A stretch of 52,616 nucleotides of DNA from a virus, in the IMG/VR virus record IMGVR_UViG_3300024981_000016; one strand, 5' to 3'. The notes under the pieces are model-generated. The model was not told where the DNA came from. It made no database searches and saw only the letters and a program-made list of their open reading frames with translations. The position numbers were made by a program, and so were the translations under genes. Numbering within the stretch: the first letter of the stretch is position 1; each line of letters starts with the position of its first letter. This document shows positions 43,558 through 51,817 of this stretch, piece after piece.

Positions 43558-43759
43558 CGCTCCCTCCATCGGCAAGAGAGCGATGCTGCCGGCCAGCCTG
43601 AGTGATGTAGAATCCAGCAGGGTAGCTGGCAGCCAAGCCAAGTCTGACGAACTTGTTCCCTATGGTCTTCAGCTTGCGCTTCCATCGGACTGGGGACGTG
43701 GCCTTTGCCAATTCGCCCAGCCAGAACAGTTCATTCTTTGTCAGCTTCGCCTCACTCAT
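43550..43759 (-). CDS. Hypothetical protein
   Basis: ORF track. Confidence 0.55.
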   Translation of the reverse strand: MSEAKLTKNELFWLGELAKATSPVRWKRKLKTIGNKFVRLGLAASYPAGFYITQAGRQHRSLADGGSDG

Positions 43760-43760
43760 C

Positions 43761-44108
43761 TCACGCTCCCTTCGGCTGGGGTGCGGCGGGGAGGGCGTCG
43801 AGCGGAAGCCAGCCCGTAGGTGCTACGGCAAGGTCAGTGTCACCGTTAAACCAAGCGAACCACCAGCCGGGCACCCAATATCCCGAGCCATATTCGTCTG
43901 TGTTTTCGTGCCGACCGGGCACCCACACCGCGATGCAAACGCCTTTACCGTCGAGGAAGTCGCCGCCGTCAGCATGCGCGCCGTATTTGGTCAGCTTGCC
44001 TTCATCTTCGGAATAATACGGGTCGCTCTCGCTATCGTAGCAGACAAGGATTTTCGTCCCGTCCCTCGGCGCGCTCTCCATCGATTTCCATTCACCGCAC
44101 ATCGGCAT
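43761..44108 (-). CDS. Trp-rich hypothetical phage protein
   Basis: ORF track. Contains WKSMESAPRDGTKILV... Confidence 0.6.
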   Translation of the reverse strand: MPMCGEWKSMESAPRDGTKILVCYDSESDPYYSEDEGKLTKYGAHADGGDFLDGKGVCIAVWVPGRHENTDEYGSGYWVPGWWFAWFNGDTDLAVAPTGWLPLDALPAAPQPKGA

Positions 44109-44643
44109 AAGCCCTATCGTTTAGAATTCGGCCGATTGAGCGCTTGCTGACGCCGAATTTGGTTGCGATTGACTGATGGGATGAGCCGCCGCGTAGGTAT
44201 TCGGCGCGGATTTCCCTAACCTCATCGTCTGTGAGTTTAGCTACTGGCGGCCGTTTCCCTTTTGGGCTGCGCTGTCGGCCTAAAAGCCGCATGTAATCAA
44301 GATTTTCCTGCTGGGTGCACCATTCTAGGTTGTCCGCAGCAGGGTTGGATGGGTTGCAGTCCAGATGATTGACATTCGGCTTCATCAATGGATTCGGAAC
44401 AAACGCCTCTGCCACCAGCCTGTGCACCATTGGCGTCGATCTCGTGCCTATGCCAGCGCGAAGCGTGACGACGAGATAGCCGTTGTGGCCTATCCTTGGC
44501 GTGAGAAGGCGGCCTGGGACTGAATAAAACCTGCCGCCGCCATTCGGAGCCAGACGGTCTATGCTCCGGACCCTGCCCATGTTGCTGACCTCGTAAGCTG
44601 GCCAGCCGCGTATTGGTTTCCACTGCTCGGTCATTTGCGCCAT
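44092..44643 (-). CDS. NUMOD4/HNH_3 homing-type endonuclease with C-terminal HTH
   Basis: WKPIRGWPAYEVSNMGRVRS (NUMOD4-like), VNHLDCNPSNPAADNLEWCTQQEN (HNH_3) and LTDDEVREIRAEY...SHQSIATKFGVSKRSIGRI (HTH). Confidence 0.85.
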   Translation of the reverse strand: MAQMTEQWKPIRGWPAYEVSNMGRVRSIDRLAPNGGGRFYSVPGRLLTPRIGHNGYLVVTLRAGIGTRSTPMVHRLVAEAFVPNPLMKPNVNHLDCNPSNPAADNLEWCTQQENLDYMRLLGRQRSPKGKRPPVAKLTDDEVREIRAEYLRGGSSHQSIATKFGVSKRSIGRILNDRAYADVR

Positions 44644-44813
44644 CCCGGCTGGACTGGATGGGCGAGGGCGGAGAGGATGCGGCGCTCGTAGTCGGCTTGG
44701 GCGGCGGCTTTGGCTCCATCCAGCGCAAGAAATTCTTGCGTGCTGTCGTCATCGTCAGATGATGGTGGCTTTGCGATTTCTGAGGTTGATGGGCATTTCT
44801 GGGCTCCGACCAT
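44631..44813 (-). CDS. Small hypothetical protein
   Basis: ORF track. Confidence 0.45.
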   Translation of the reverse strand: MVGAQKCPSTSEIAKPPSSDDDDSTQEFLALDGAKAAAQADYERRILSALAHPVQPGWRK

Positions 44814-44843
44814 GTTTCGTCATCCGAGGTTGAAGTTTGGGGG

Positions 44844-45779
44844 TTATTGAGGGGCACGACGGAAGCCCTCCCGGAGCGCGGAGACCTCAATATCGCAGCG
44901 TGGAGGGAGGGCGACTTCAGGAGCGGCGCACTGCCCGGGCAGGGCTGGCGAGGCATCGATGTAGGCAGCTATGACTTCCGCCGCGACTTGCGGGACGATG
45001 GCATTGCCGTAGGCGCACAATCTTCCCACGCGGCCGGGAACCCCATTAGCCAGCAGACCCAAGCCGGGTTTAGTGCGCCATTGAGCACGGTACTTCCGAC
45101 CGCCGCGCGAAGTTTCTCCCTCGATCGCGTTCCACCCCACTTGCAGAGGGCCGCTCCGCCAGTGTCCGTTATCGCTGTCGGGGTTGGCCAAAGCTCCGCC
45201 ACGCGCTGAGGGAGAGATTTCCCGGTGTCGTGAGGCCGCGGGGGCTTGTTGCCCTTGTTCCCGTCCATCGCCTGAGGTGTCGGCCACAATCCAGATACGG
45301 TCTCTTCGATGAGGCGCATCGACGGCACAAGCCGGAACAATGGCCGCCCGCCCGGAGTAGTTGATGCTCTCCAAGTCAGAGAGCACTCCGTCGAGCCAAT
45401 ACTTTCCAACCGCTGCGCTAACCTGCTCTCCCATCCAGGCGGGAGGACGGCGTGCTTCGATGAGGCGGAACTGCTCCGGCCAGAGGTGTCGCTCGTCTTC
45501 CTCTCCTTCGCCTTTCCCCGCGACGGAGAAGGGCTGGCAGGGACATGAACCTGTCCAAAGAGGTCGATCGTCTGGCCATCCTGCCAGGCGCGCTGCAAGG
45601 CTCCATCCGCCGATTCCGGCAAAGAAATGGCATTGCGTGTAGCCTCGGAGGTCGTCAGGCTGGACATCCACTATGCTCCTTTCGTCTACGTCGCCAGGAG
45701 CTATCTCCCCTGCCGCAATGAGATTGCGCAGCCACGCTGCGGCATATGGGTTGAACTCGTTGTAGTAAGCCCCACTCAT
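44844..45779 (-). CDS. dcm: DNA (cytosine-5) methyltransferase, orphan
   Basis: FAGIGG (motif I), SCPCQPFS (motif IV), HRRDRIW (motif VIII-like) and YGNAIVPQVA (motif X). No adjacent restriction endonuclease. Confidence 0.85.
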   Translation of the reverse strand: MSGAYYNEFNPYAAAWLRNLIAAGEIAPGDVDERSIVDVQPDDLRGYTQCHFFAGIGGWSLAARLAGWPDDRPLWTGSCPCQPFSVAGKGEGEEDERHLWPEQFRLIEARRPPAWMGEQVSAAVGKYWLDGVLSDLESINYSGRAAIVPACAVDAPHRRDRIWIVADTSGDGREQGQQAPAASRHREISPSARGGALANPDSDNGHWRSGPLQVGWNAIEGETSRGGRKYRAQWRTKPGLGLLANGVPGRVGRLCAYGNAIVPQVAAEVIAAYIDASPALPGQCAAPEVALPPRCDIEVSALREGFRRAPQ

Positions 45780-46015
45780 GCCGCCACCCTCATTTGACGA
45801 ATCAGGTTGAGCCCGCCAGGGTTCGCACCGGGTTTTGGGGAGGGGACATGTTTAACGGCGAACTTGGCGGCGGTGAGGGTGTCATGCAGGATGTCGTAAG
45901 CGCGGCCAGTGTGTTCCATGCGCAGCGCGTTGATGGCCTCGACAACTGCCTTGTCGATAGGGTCGCTCGTAACCCCCTGCGCCGGGTTGGCGGGGGTGGT
46001 GGGGGAGTGGGTCAT
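45776..46015 (-). CDS. Hypothetical protein
   Basis: ORF track 45776..46072. ATG 46015 forms an ATGA overlap with the upstream stop. Confidence 0.55.
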   Translation of the reverse strand: MTHSPTTPANPAQGVTSDPIDKAVVEAINALRMEHTGRAYDILHDTLTAAKFAVKHVPSPKPGANPGGLNLIRQMRVAA

Positions 46016-46536
46016 GCTGCTGCCCTCCGATTGCGCAAAGCCAAAATCGCGAAGGCGGCGAGGCTCGCCCATGCTTTGCCAAGCACCTGGCCCTCAATGA
46101 AAGAAAGAGAGCCGAACGCGAGCCAAAGAAAGGCAGCGCTGTCGATGATCGATCCGACCATGCCGCTCGCCAGAACTGCCAAGCCAAGACGCTTTTCTCG
46201 GAGCGGCGTGTAGACGGCGAGATCGGCCAGCTCCGCAAGGACGAAAGCGGCTACCGATGCCAGCACGAGCGCCGGCGGTGCGACCAGCCATGAAGCTGCT
46301 GCGCCAATGGCAATGGCCGCCAGCGCCGAACGGAGACCGCCGGCCTCATGAACCATATCCCGCAATACCATCGCCGCCCCGATCATTAGGACACCGGAAG
46401 GAGCGGAGAAGCCGAAGCCGACCGGAATGACGCATGGCCCAGATGGCACGCATGATCCTATGTGGCCGATCATCCAGTTGGCGGCCGGTACGGTGGCGGC
46501 AAAGGCGGCGATGAGAGCAGGCGTCTTAGGCTGCAT
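46012..46536 (-). CDS. yhhQ: YhhQ/VUT (DUF165)-family membrane transporter, candidate preQ0/preQ1 importer
   Basis: Multi-TM protein. Segments line up by eye with E. coli YhhQ: ANW vs SNY, MVLRDMVHEAGG vs LATDLTVRIFG, AAFVLAELADLAVYTPLRE vs MAYALGQILDVHVFNRLRQ, GSIIDSAAFLWLAF vs GNVSDTLAFFFIAF. Confidence 0.65.
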   Translation of the reverse strand: MQPKTPALIAAFAATVPAANWMIGHIGSCVPSGPCVIPVGFGFSAPSGVLMIGAAMVLRDMVHEAGGLRSALAAIAIGAAASWLVAPPALVLASVAAFVLAELADLAVYTPLREKRLGLAVLASGMVGSIIDSAAFLWLAFGSLSFIEGQVLGKAWASLAAFAILALRNRRAAA

Positions 46537-47218
46537 TGAACAGGTCTCCTAAATCGTAACGGCCGGCAGGCTTCGGCGGTGCGTTTACCCGATCGAGACG
46601 TTCGGCCATGCGGCCAGGCATGTCCTCTCGGTCTTTGAAATTTCGGGCCACGTTGATGCTGTCCACGCGCGACAAAAACCACCAATTTCCGGCCTCGTTC
46701 ATCATCCGAAGGCCATGGATTTCAGCCGGGTCCGGTGTGGCGGCGACCACTTCGCCGACTTCGCGCATTCGCGCTTTCCAAGCAGCCGATCCCACTTGCC
46801 AATATGCCCCGCTCGATCCGAGGCAGACTACGTGCCATTCACGCAGAAGCTCGGCGAGGTATTCAAGCGGGAGGCCAAGATGCCAGACCGGTGCGCCGCG
46901 CTTTCGAGAGAAAGGCCATGTGGCAACTAAGGCGCGCTGCTGCTCTACCGTGCCGTCGATAACGTCGGGAATAATGGCGAGATGCGGCGCAACCAGCATC
47001 GGTTCAAGCCACGCGTAGTATGCATCGACATCGAGTTCGCCGCCCTGCTGATGGATGGTGAAAGCGCCATTGTCGAAAAGAATCGACTGCATCGCACGCA
47101 GGCAATATTCAACCTGCCGATCCCGCTTCGTCGCGTATGAGATGCAGACGTGCTTGCCGGCAAGGTCCAATAACATGATCTCTGGCGTCAGTGGCAGTCC
47201 ATGATAGTGGATCGTCAC
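46526..47218 (-). CDS. dpdA: Candidate DpdA-like (TGT-fold) DNA transglycosylase
   Basis: SILFDNGAFT, AIIPDVIDG, VVCLGSSG and EIHGLRMM are spaced like strand-end motifs of the tRNA-guanine transglycosylase barrel. GTG start 47218 overlaps the upstream stop. Adjacent to the YhhQ-like gene. Confidence 0.5.
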   Translation of the reverse strand: MTIHYHGLPLTPEIMLLDLAGKHVCISYATKRDRQVEYCLRAMQSILFDNGAFTIHQQGGELDVDAYYAWLEPMLVAPHLAIIPDVIDGTVEQQRALVATWPFSRKRGAPVWHLGLPLEYLAELLREWHVVCLGSSGAYWQVGSAAWKARMREVGEVVAATPDPAEIHGLRMMNEAGNWWFLSRVDSINVARNFKDREDMPGRMAERLDRVNAPPKPAGRYDLGDLFNAA

Positions 47219-47421
47219 TTCTCACCCCCATCCCCGCCCTGCGCGAGGGAGGCGAGGGCGGCCTCGTGGACCGCTTCAAGCGCCGCAACAAGCTTTCGGA
47301 CGTGGTTGCGCAGGTCCTCCACGCCGCTGATGGTCGGCCGCTTACCAGCCCGCAGCCGCGCCGACACTTCGTTGGCTACCCGTAGAGAGGATTCAATAAG
47401 CAGCTTGTTGTAGTCCATCAC
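47215..47421 (-). CDS. Hypothetical protein ending ...LAQGGDGGEK
   Basis: ORF track. Confidence 0.55.
   Translation of the reverse strand: MMDYNKLLIESSLRVANEVSARLRAGKRPTISGVEDLRNHVRKLVAALEAVHEAALASLAQGGDGGEK
47225..47253. repeat. 29-bp gene-junction repeat, copy 1
   Basis: CCCCCATCCCCGCCCTGCGCGAGGGAGGC. Differs at one base from 47767-47795. Confidence 0.9.
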
Positions 47422-47475
47422 TTCACTGCCTCCAGCGCCGGATTGGCGGGGATGGCGTCTTGGGGGTGGGTCATA

Positions 47476-47760
47476 TCAATTTACCTCCCGCAGGATGGCG
47501 GCAATCTCGCTGATTTTTTCGCGCACGAGAGCAACGGCGCGAGCCTGTGCTTCGTCGCGGTTTTCAGGAGTGCCGGGAAGTTTAAGAGGAAACGTGTCGA
47601 ACCACGGACGGCAATGAAATACCCACTCGTCCGGGTAGTAGATGTGCTTGCTGACGATGGTGATAACCACGTCTCGCGACAAGGATAGTCGCCAAGCAGT
47701 TGGCGTCCGGTCCCCATTGCGAGAATATGAGGTCGCGTCCTTCCAAACGGGCCGGCTCAT
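47476..47760 (-). CDS. Hypothetical protein
   Basis: ORF track 47476..47835. ATG 47760 forms an ATGA overlap with the upstream stop. Confidence 0.55.
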   Translation of the reverse strand: MSRPVWKDATSYSRNGDRTPTAWRLSLSRDVVITIVSKHIYYPDEWVFHCRPWFDTFPLKLPGTPENRDEAQARAVALVREKISEIAAILREVN

Positions 47761-48092
47761 TCCACGCCCCCATCCCCGCCCTGCGCGTGGGAGGCAATAA
47801 TGCGCTGTACATTTTCGTCGCGGCGATGAGACCACGACGGATCGCCCTCGAAGTCGCCGTCAAACGGATACTCGGCATTGTAGCCTTCGGCGCTATTTGC
47901 GAAGCCGGCCGCGTATGCCGCCTCCGGCGTCTCCACCACCCCGGGAGCAGGGCTTGGGGATGGGGCGATTTCGAGATAGGTGAGGATGGCGTGTTCCGCC
48001 ACCTCGGCAAACGCTAACTGGAGCGCCCTATTCCCTCCAAGGGACGAACAGTATTGGCGCGCCGCTTCCAACCCCTTCGGATCAAGCTGCAT
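47757..48092 (-). CDS. Hypothetical protein ending ...HAQGGDGGVE
   Basis: ORF track. Confidence 0.55.
   Translation of the reverse strand: MQLDPKGLEAARQYCSSLGGNRALQLAFAEVAEHAILTYLEIAPSPSPAPGVVETPEAAYAAGFANSAEGYNAEYPFDGDFEGDPSWSHRRDENVQRIIASHAQGGDGGVE
47767..47795. repeat. 29-bp gene-junction repeat, copy 2
   Basis: CCCCCATCCCCGCCCTGCGCGTGGGAGGC. Confidence 0.9.
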
Positions 48093-48474
48093 CGCCCGTC
48101 TCCTTCTGGCTGAGGGCGGCGTTGGCCTTGTCGAGAATGTCGGAGACGCAATGCTTGCCGAGATGCGCCCATTCGCCAGTAAAGGCGATTTGTGGAGCCA
48201 TCGTCCTGGCGCCAGCCTGTAGCGCTCCTGCGGTCAGTAGCAGCGCTGCCCGCAGTCCTTCGCACTCTGCGCGGGAGACGTCTCGCTCGACCGTCAGTCT
48301 AGATATGTCGCGGGCGCGCTGTTCGTCGGCCTCAAGCAACTCCGCGATCCGCTTGTCGCGCTCGGATAGGTTTGACGCCAGGACGTATTCCACTCCCTCC
48401 TCGAAGGGCCCCCGCTGCCATTTTCGGATGTTGCCGTTCTCGGCGAACTGTATCCAAATGCGGTCATGCGTCAT
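48082..48474 (-). CDS. Hypothetical protein
   Basis: ORF track. Confidence 0.6.
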   Translation of the reverse strand: MTHDRIWIQFAENGNIRKWQRGPFEEGVEYVLASNLSERDKRIAELLEADEQRARDISRLTVERDVSRAECEGLRAALLLTAGALQAGARTMAPQIAFTGEWAHLGKHCVSDILDKANAALSQKETGDAA

Positions 48475-48862
48475 GGCGAGCCTCGAATAGCGGCTTCGGC
48501 GCGAGCGGTTTGCGCTCTGCGCGGGGTTTCGGTGATTTTGGGCGGGCGGCGATCTTGGCCTTTGGTCGCGTTTTCATGCCCATGAACTGCTGCCGAACGG
48601 TCTTGGCCGCTGTCGGCGTGTCACGGTTCGCCGTTTTCCACGCATGGCATTTCGGACACACGGCCCGGCAGTTTTCGAGGCTGCTATCCTTGGAATTGGC
48701 ATCCAGGATCAGGTGATCGTACTCGACGCCGGCTCCAAGGCTGCGGGTGCAGCGCTGGCCTTCGGGAAGGCCGTACCAAGGGCCAGCCGCCTCACAGATG
48801 AGGCCCGAGCGCTTGAGCGCCTGCTTCCGTGTCTTTGTGGCGAACTCTCGGCGGTCGGCCAT
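48464..48862 (-). CDS. HNH endonuclease
   Basis: CEAAG...VEYDHLILDANSKDSSLENCRAVCPKCHAWKT. ATG 48862. Confidence 0.8.
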   Translation of the reverse strand: MADRREFATKTRKQALKRSGLICEAAGPWYGLPEGQRCTRSLGAGVEYDHLILDANSKDSSLENCRAVCPKCHAWKTANRDTPTAAKTVRQQFMGMKTRPKAKIAARPKSPKPRAERKPLAPKPLFEARHDA

Positions 48863-49263
48863 TATGCAGCCCTCGCCAGCGAGAATGGCAGCCGCGAAGA
48901 CAGAACCCACAGGTGATACATGTCGGCCGCATCAACGAGTTCGGAAGCGGGCGGCATCACCGAGACGGCGGTGCTTTCCGCGCCGCAAATCTCGTTCTTG
49001 ATCCGCTGCATGTCGCGCCATGGCGGCTCAAGGTTTGAGGCTGTCCGGATCGCGAGGTGGATGATTTCCTCACCGTTGGCGTCCTCAAATGGCCTGATCA
49101 AGACGGCATAGAGATCATTCGCCCAAGCCTCACGCACCTGTTTCAGCCAGCCGAGGCCCGGGCCGCCGTTTGGCAATGGCGTCTTGCGCCACTCGCCCCA
49201 ATTGCCTTTCAAGGCGCGCCGCTCGAATGCCTTGGCAGCGCGCATGTCGCGACGGTTCGCCAT
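48862..49263 (-). CDS. Hypothetical phage protein
   Basis: ORF track 48862..49287. ATG 49263 forms a TGATG overlap. Confidence 0.6.
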   Translation of the reverse strand: MANRRDMRAAKAFERRALKGNWGEWRKTPLPNGGPGLGWLKQVREAWANDLYAVLIRPFEDANGEEIIHLAIRTASNLEPPWRDMQRIKNEICGAESTAVSVMPPASELVDAADMYHLWVLSSRLPFSLARAA

Positions 49264-50162
49264 CACGGCACCTCTCTCGGATCGCACCCGGCAATGCCGG
49301 CGATCAGGTCGCGGTCCAGCTCTTCGGACTGTTCACAAACCGCGACGAGGCGCTTGCAAATTGAAACCGCCTTGGCGATGGCGGCATCAGAAATCGTGCG
49401 CGGCGTCTCCGCCTTGATCAGCCCGGCATACTGAGCCCGCACCACACCGGGATCGCCACCGGGTGCGGCGCTCGGCACCAGCATCTTGACGGCCTTGACC
49501 AGCCAGGCGCGGTCTTCGGGAGACAATCCGGAGGAAGGAGCCGACTGGCCACCATGGCCAGCCTTCGAAGCGGTTTCGGACGCTATGGCTCCTTCCTCCG
49601 CAGACCCGCCGCCAGCGGGCTCTGATAGGTCGGCGGCGACGGAGCTTTCGGGGGGCGGGGGCGCTCCGTCGCTGCCATTCTCGTCGGACGGAGAGGGGGT
49701 GTCCGACGATCGGGAATTGTAATTGTGTGAAAGTGCTTCTGGATCGGTGAGGACAATGCCCTGTTCCGAAAAGTGCTTGTGGATGGCGTCGAGATAGCTG
49801 GAGTGCTGCTTCGTCGTCATCAAGCGGGTGACGGGAAGGTCAAGCGGCTCCGTCATAATCGCGAGTTTCTGCTCATATGGCAGCGGCTTGACAGCCTTGT
49901 CGTATTTCTCCCGGAACACCTCGTCTTGGTCGCGAAGGATCGGGACGCCGAAATGCAGCTTACAATAGCCACGGATTTCCTCGGGCGTTCTGTCGCCCAT
50001 CTGTTCGGAGATTTCGTTCAACCAAAGTCGCTGTAGGCGGTTTTGCTCAAGGGAGCGCTTGCCGCCCCGCGTGATGGACGCGGCAAAGGGAAGAGGCTGG
50101 CTCTCGATGAAGCGGACCAGCATGGCCTTGTCGCCGTTGGTTTCGACAAATCGCGTCGGCAT
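49263..50162 (-). CDS. ninB: NinB/Orf-like recombination mediator with a long C-terminal extension
   Basis: KRSLEQNRLQRLWLNEISEQ parallels lambda Orf RSLDQNRKLWACLGDVSRQ. Confidence 0.6.
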   Translation of the reverse strand: MPTRFVETNGDKAMLVRFIESQPLPFAASITRGGKRSLEQNRLQRLWLNEISEQMGDRTPEEIRGYCKLHFGVPILRDQDEVFREKYDKAVKPLPYEQKLAIMTEPLDLPVTRLMTTKQHSSYLDAIHKHFSEQGIVLTDPEALSHNYNSRSSDTPSPSDENGSDGAPPPPESSVAADLSEPAGGGSAEEGAIASETASKAGHGGQSAPSSGLSPEDRAWLVKAVKMLVPSAAPGGDPGVVRAQYAGLIKAETPRTISDAAIAKAVSICKRLVAVCEQSEELDRDLIAGIAGCDPREVP

Positions 50163-50164
50163 GG

Positions 50165-50869
50165 CTAGGCCGCGTCCTGCTTGTCATCTGCCGCGACTGT
50201 ATCGCGCCGAGCCTGGAATTTCTTGGCCGCTTCGGCGATGTAGTCTCTCGTCCAGCCATCTCGCTTGGCAATGTGCTTCCAGACGTCAGCGCACTTGTCG
50301 ACCGCCAAGATCGTGCGGCAGTCGGCAAGGTCTTGGTCGATGGCGGCAAGGCCGCGTTTCATTTCGGCAGCGCTGACTTGCCCGCCTTGGCCCTTGTCGT
50401 TCGCCGGCTTGCCGCCTTCCTTTTCGCGAAACTCGCTATTCAGGTCGGAGACGTATTTCTGATCGTCCCACCGGCCAAGGAAGATGTTGGCCGCGATGCC
50501 GATGTGAGAAGCCGCTTTGACGATGGCGTCGGTAAGCGACTTCTTCGGCGCGTCCTCATCGGACATGAGACCATTGCGCGTTTTCATCAGCGCCTTGGTC
50601 TGGCCGTAGCTCTCGAACCAGTCGTCGCGGGTTCCATGCCAAAACCGGATACGACACCAGTGAAGCACTTCCTCTCCGAGCGGCACGAACCCCTCGTCCA
50701 GCACTTCCCAGCCGAAGCCCTTGCCGACCGGGCCGAAAAGCTCAGTGAGGCAGCGGATCACAAACTGGGGGTTCGGCGATGTGCCCTTGTAGCTCTTGCC
50801 GGTGATCGGCTTCGTCATGGCCGGATCGATGTCGGCGAAGCGATCCCATAGTGCGAGATTGTCAGCCAT
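50165..50869 (-). CDS. Rad52-like single-strand annealing protein (Sak type)
   Basis: PQFVIRCLTELFGPVGKGFGWEV and KKSLTDAIVKAASHIGIAANIFLGRWDDQKY fit Rad52/22-family motifs. Confidence 0.7.
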   Translation of the reverse strand: MADNLALWDRFADIDPAMTKPITGKSYKGTSPNPQFVIRCLTELFGPVGKGFGWEVLDEGFVPLGEEVLHWCRIRFWHGTRDDWFESYGQTKALMKTRNGLMSDEDAPKKSLTDAIVKAASHIGIAANIFLGRWDDQKYVSDLNSEFREKEGGKPANDKGQGGQVSAAEMKRGLAAIDQDLADCRTILAVDKCADVWKHIAKRDGWTRDYIAEAAKKFQARRDTVAADDKQDAA

Positions 50870-51375
50870 CAGCGCGACCTCACCATCAGCCCTTCCTCGG
50901 ACAAGCCGAGAACAGCGCCGGGGATTTCCTCACCGGCTTCGAGGGCCTTCTTGATCTCGGCTTTCCTCGGGACGCGCTTGACCTCCACAAAGCCCTGCGG
51001 CAACGACGCTTCATCGGTGATCTCCACCGTCACGCGCGGCTTGGTGACACTCACCGTCGCGTCGGGAAGCGTTACCTTGTCCAGATCGGCGGCAATCATG
51101 ACGCTCTTGATAAGCGCCCGGTAGCCATCCGACTGGCGCTCATAGCGAACCTGTCTCTCGGCGATATCGGCCTTGCGCTCTTTAATGGCGGACACCATGG
51201 TGTCGGCGTCCAGCTTGCGTCGCAAAAGCCGCTCGATGAGCGGGACCATATCCGTCTCGCCGGCTATCATGTCCTCGCGAAGTTCGTCATCTTCGGCAAG
51301 CTCGGGATAGGCCGCAAGCAGCGCGGCCACATGGGCCTTGAAATCGGCGATATCGACTTGGATGAAGCCGCTCAT
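50869..51375 (-). CDS. Gp157-like protein (Sipho_Gp157 family)
   Basis: Coiled N-half, then KVTLPDATVSVTKPRVTVEITDEASLPQGFVEVKRVPRKAEIKKALEAGEEIPGAVL. ATG 51375. Confidence 0.6.
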   Translation of the reverse strand: MSGFIQVDIADFKAHVAALLAAYPELAEDDELREDMIAGETDMVPLIERLLRRKLDADTMVSAIKERKADIAERQVRYERQSDGYRALIKSVMIAADLDKVTLPDATVSVTKPRVTVEITDEASLPQGFVEVKRVPRKAEIKKALEAGEEIPGAVLGLSEEGLMVRSR

Positions 51376-51542
51376 TGTCCCGCCCTCACGATCTCTGAAT
51401 ACTGGCGCCATTTCCGGATCGCCCGGCGCATGGCGAGCTTGAAGTAGATCACCCGGCCAGGAAGGCCGCTGTGCAGCGTCGATCGCGCATCCTTGCGGGC
51501 CTGGATCGCGTCGAAGTAGAAGCGAACCGCATCGATGCTCAT
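51372..51542 (-). CDS. Small hypothetical protein
   Basis: ORF track 51372..51581. ATG 51542 forms an ATGA overlap. Confidence 0.5.
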   Translation of the reverse strand: MSIDAVRFYFDAIQARKDARSTLHSGLPGRVIYFKLAMRRAIRKWRQYSEIVRAGQ

Positions 51543-51817
51543 GCGACCCTCCTGTAGATTTCCGAATAGAGATCGAGCCACTTGCGCCGAGCGACGGTCA
51601 GATCGCTTTGCGGCGGCCCGTAGCCGGCGAGCTTGTCGGCCTCGGCTTCGTCGATGAGCTTCCGGAGCGCATCGAGCGCAGCCTCACCGGCAAGCGCGAG
51701 GCAGGCATCGACCTTCTCGGAGAACCAGCGGAAGGGCTCTGGTCGAGCGGCATGCTCGTCGCCAAGCACGGCAACAGCCTGTTCCAGTGCTGCGCGTTCG
51801 GGGCAGGGCGGGTTCAT
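51539..51817 (-). CDS. Hypothetical protein
   Basis: ORF track. Confidence 0.55.
   Translation of the reverse strand: MNPPCPERAALEQAVAVLGDEHAARPEPFRWFSEKVDACLALAGEAALDALRKLIDEAEADKLAGYGPPQSDLTVARRKWLDLYSEIYRRVA

Noticed and set aside
44969-45667. 232-aa ORF in another frame inside the methyltransferase gene
   Set aside because: The 44844..45779 frame contains all the C5-methyltransferase motifs. The overlapping frame has none.
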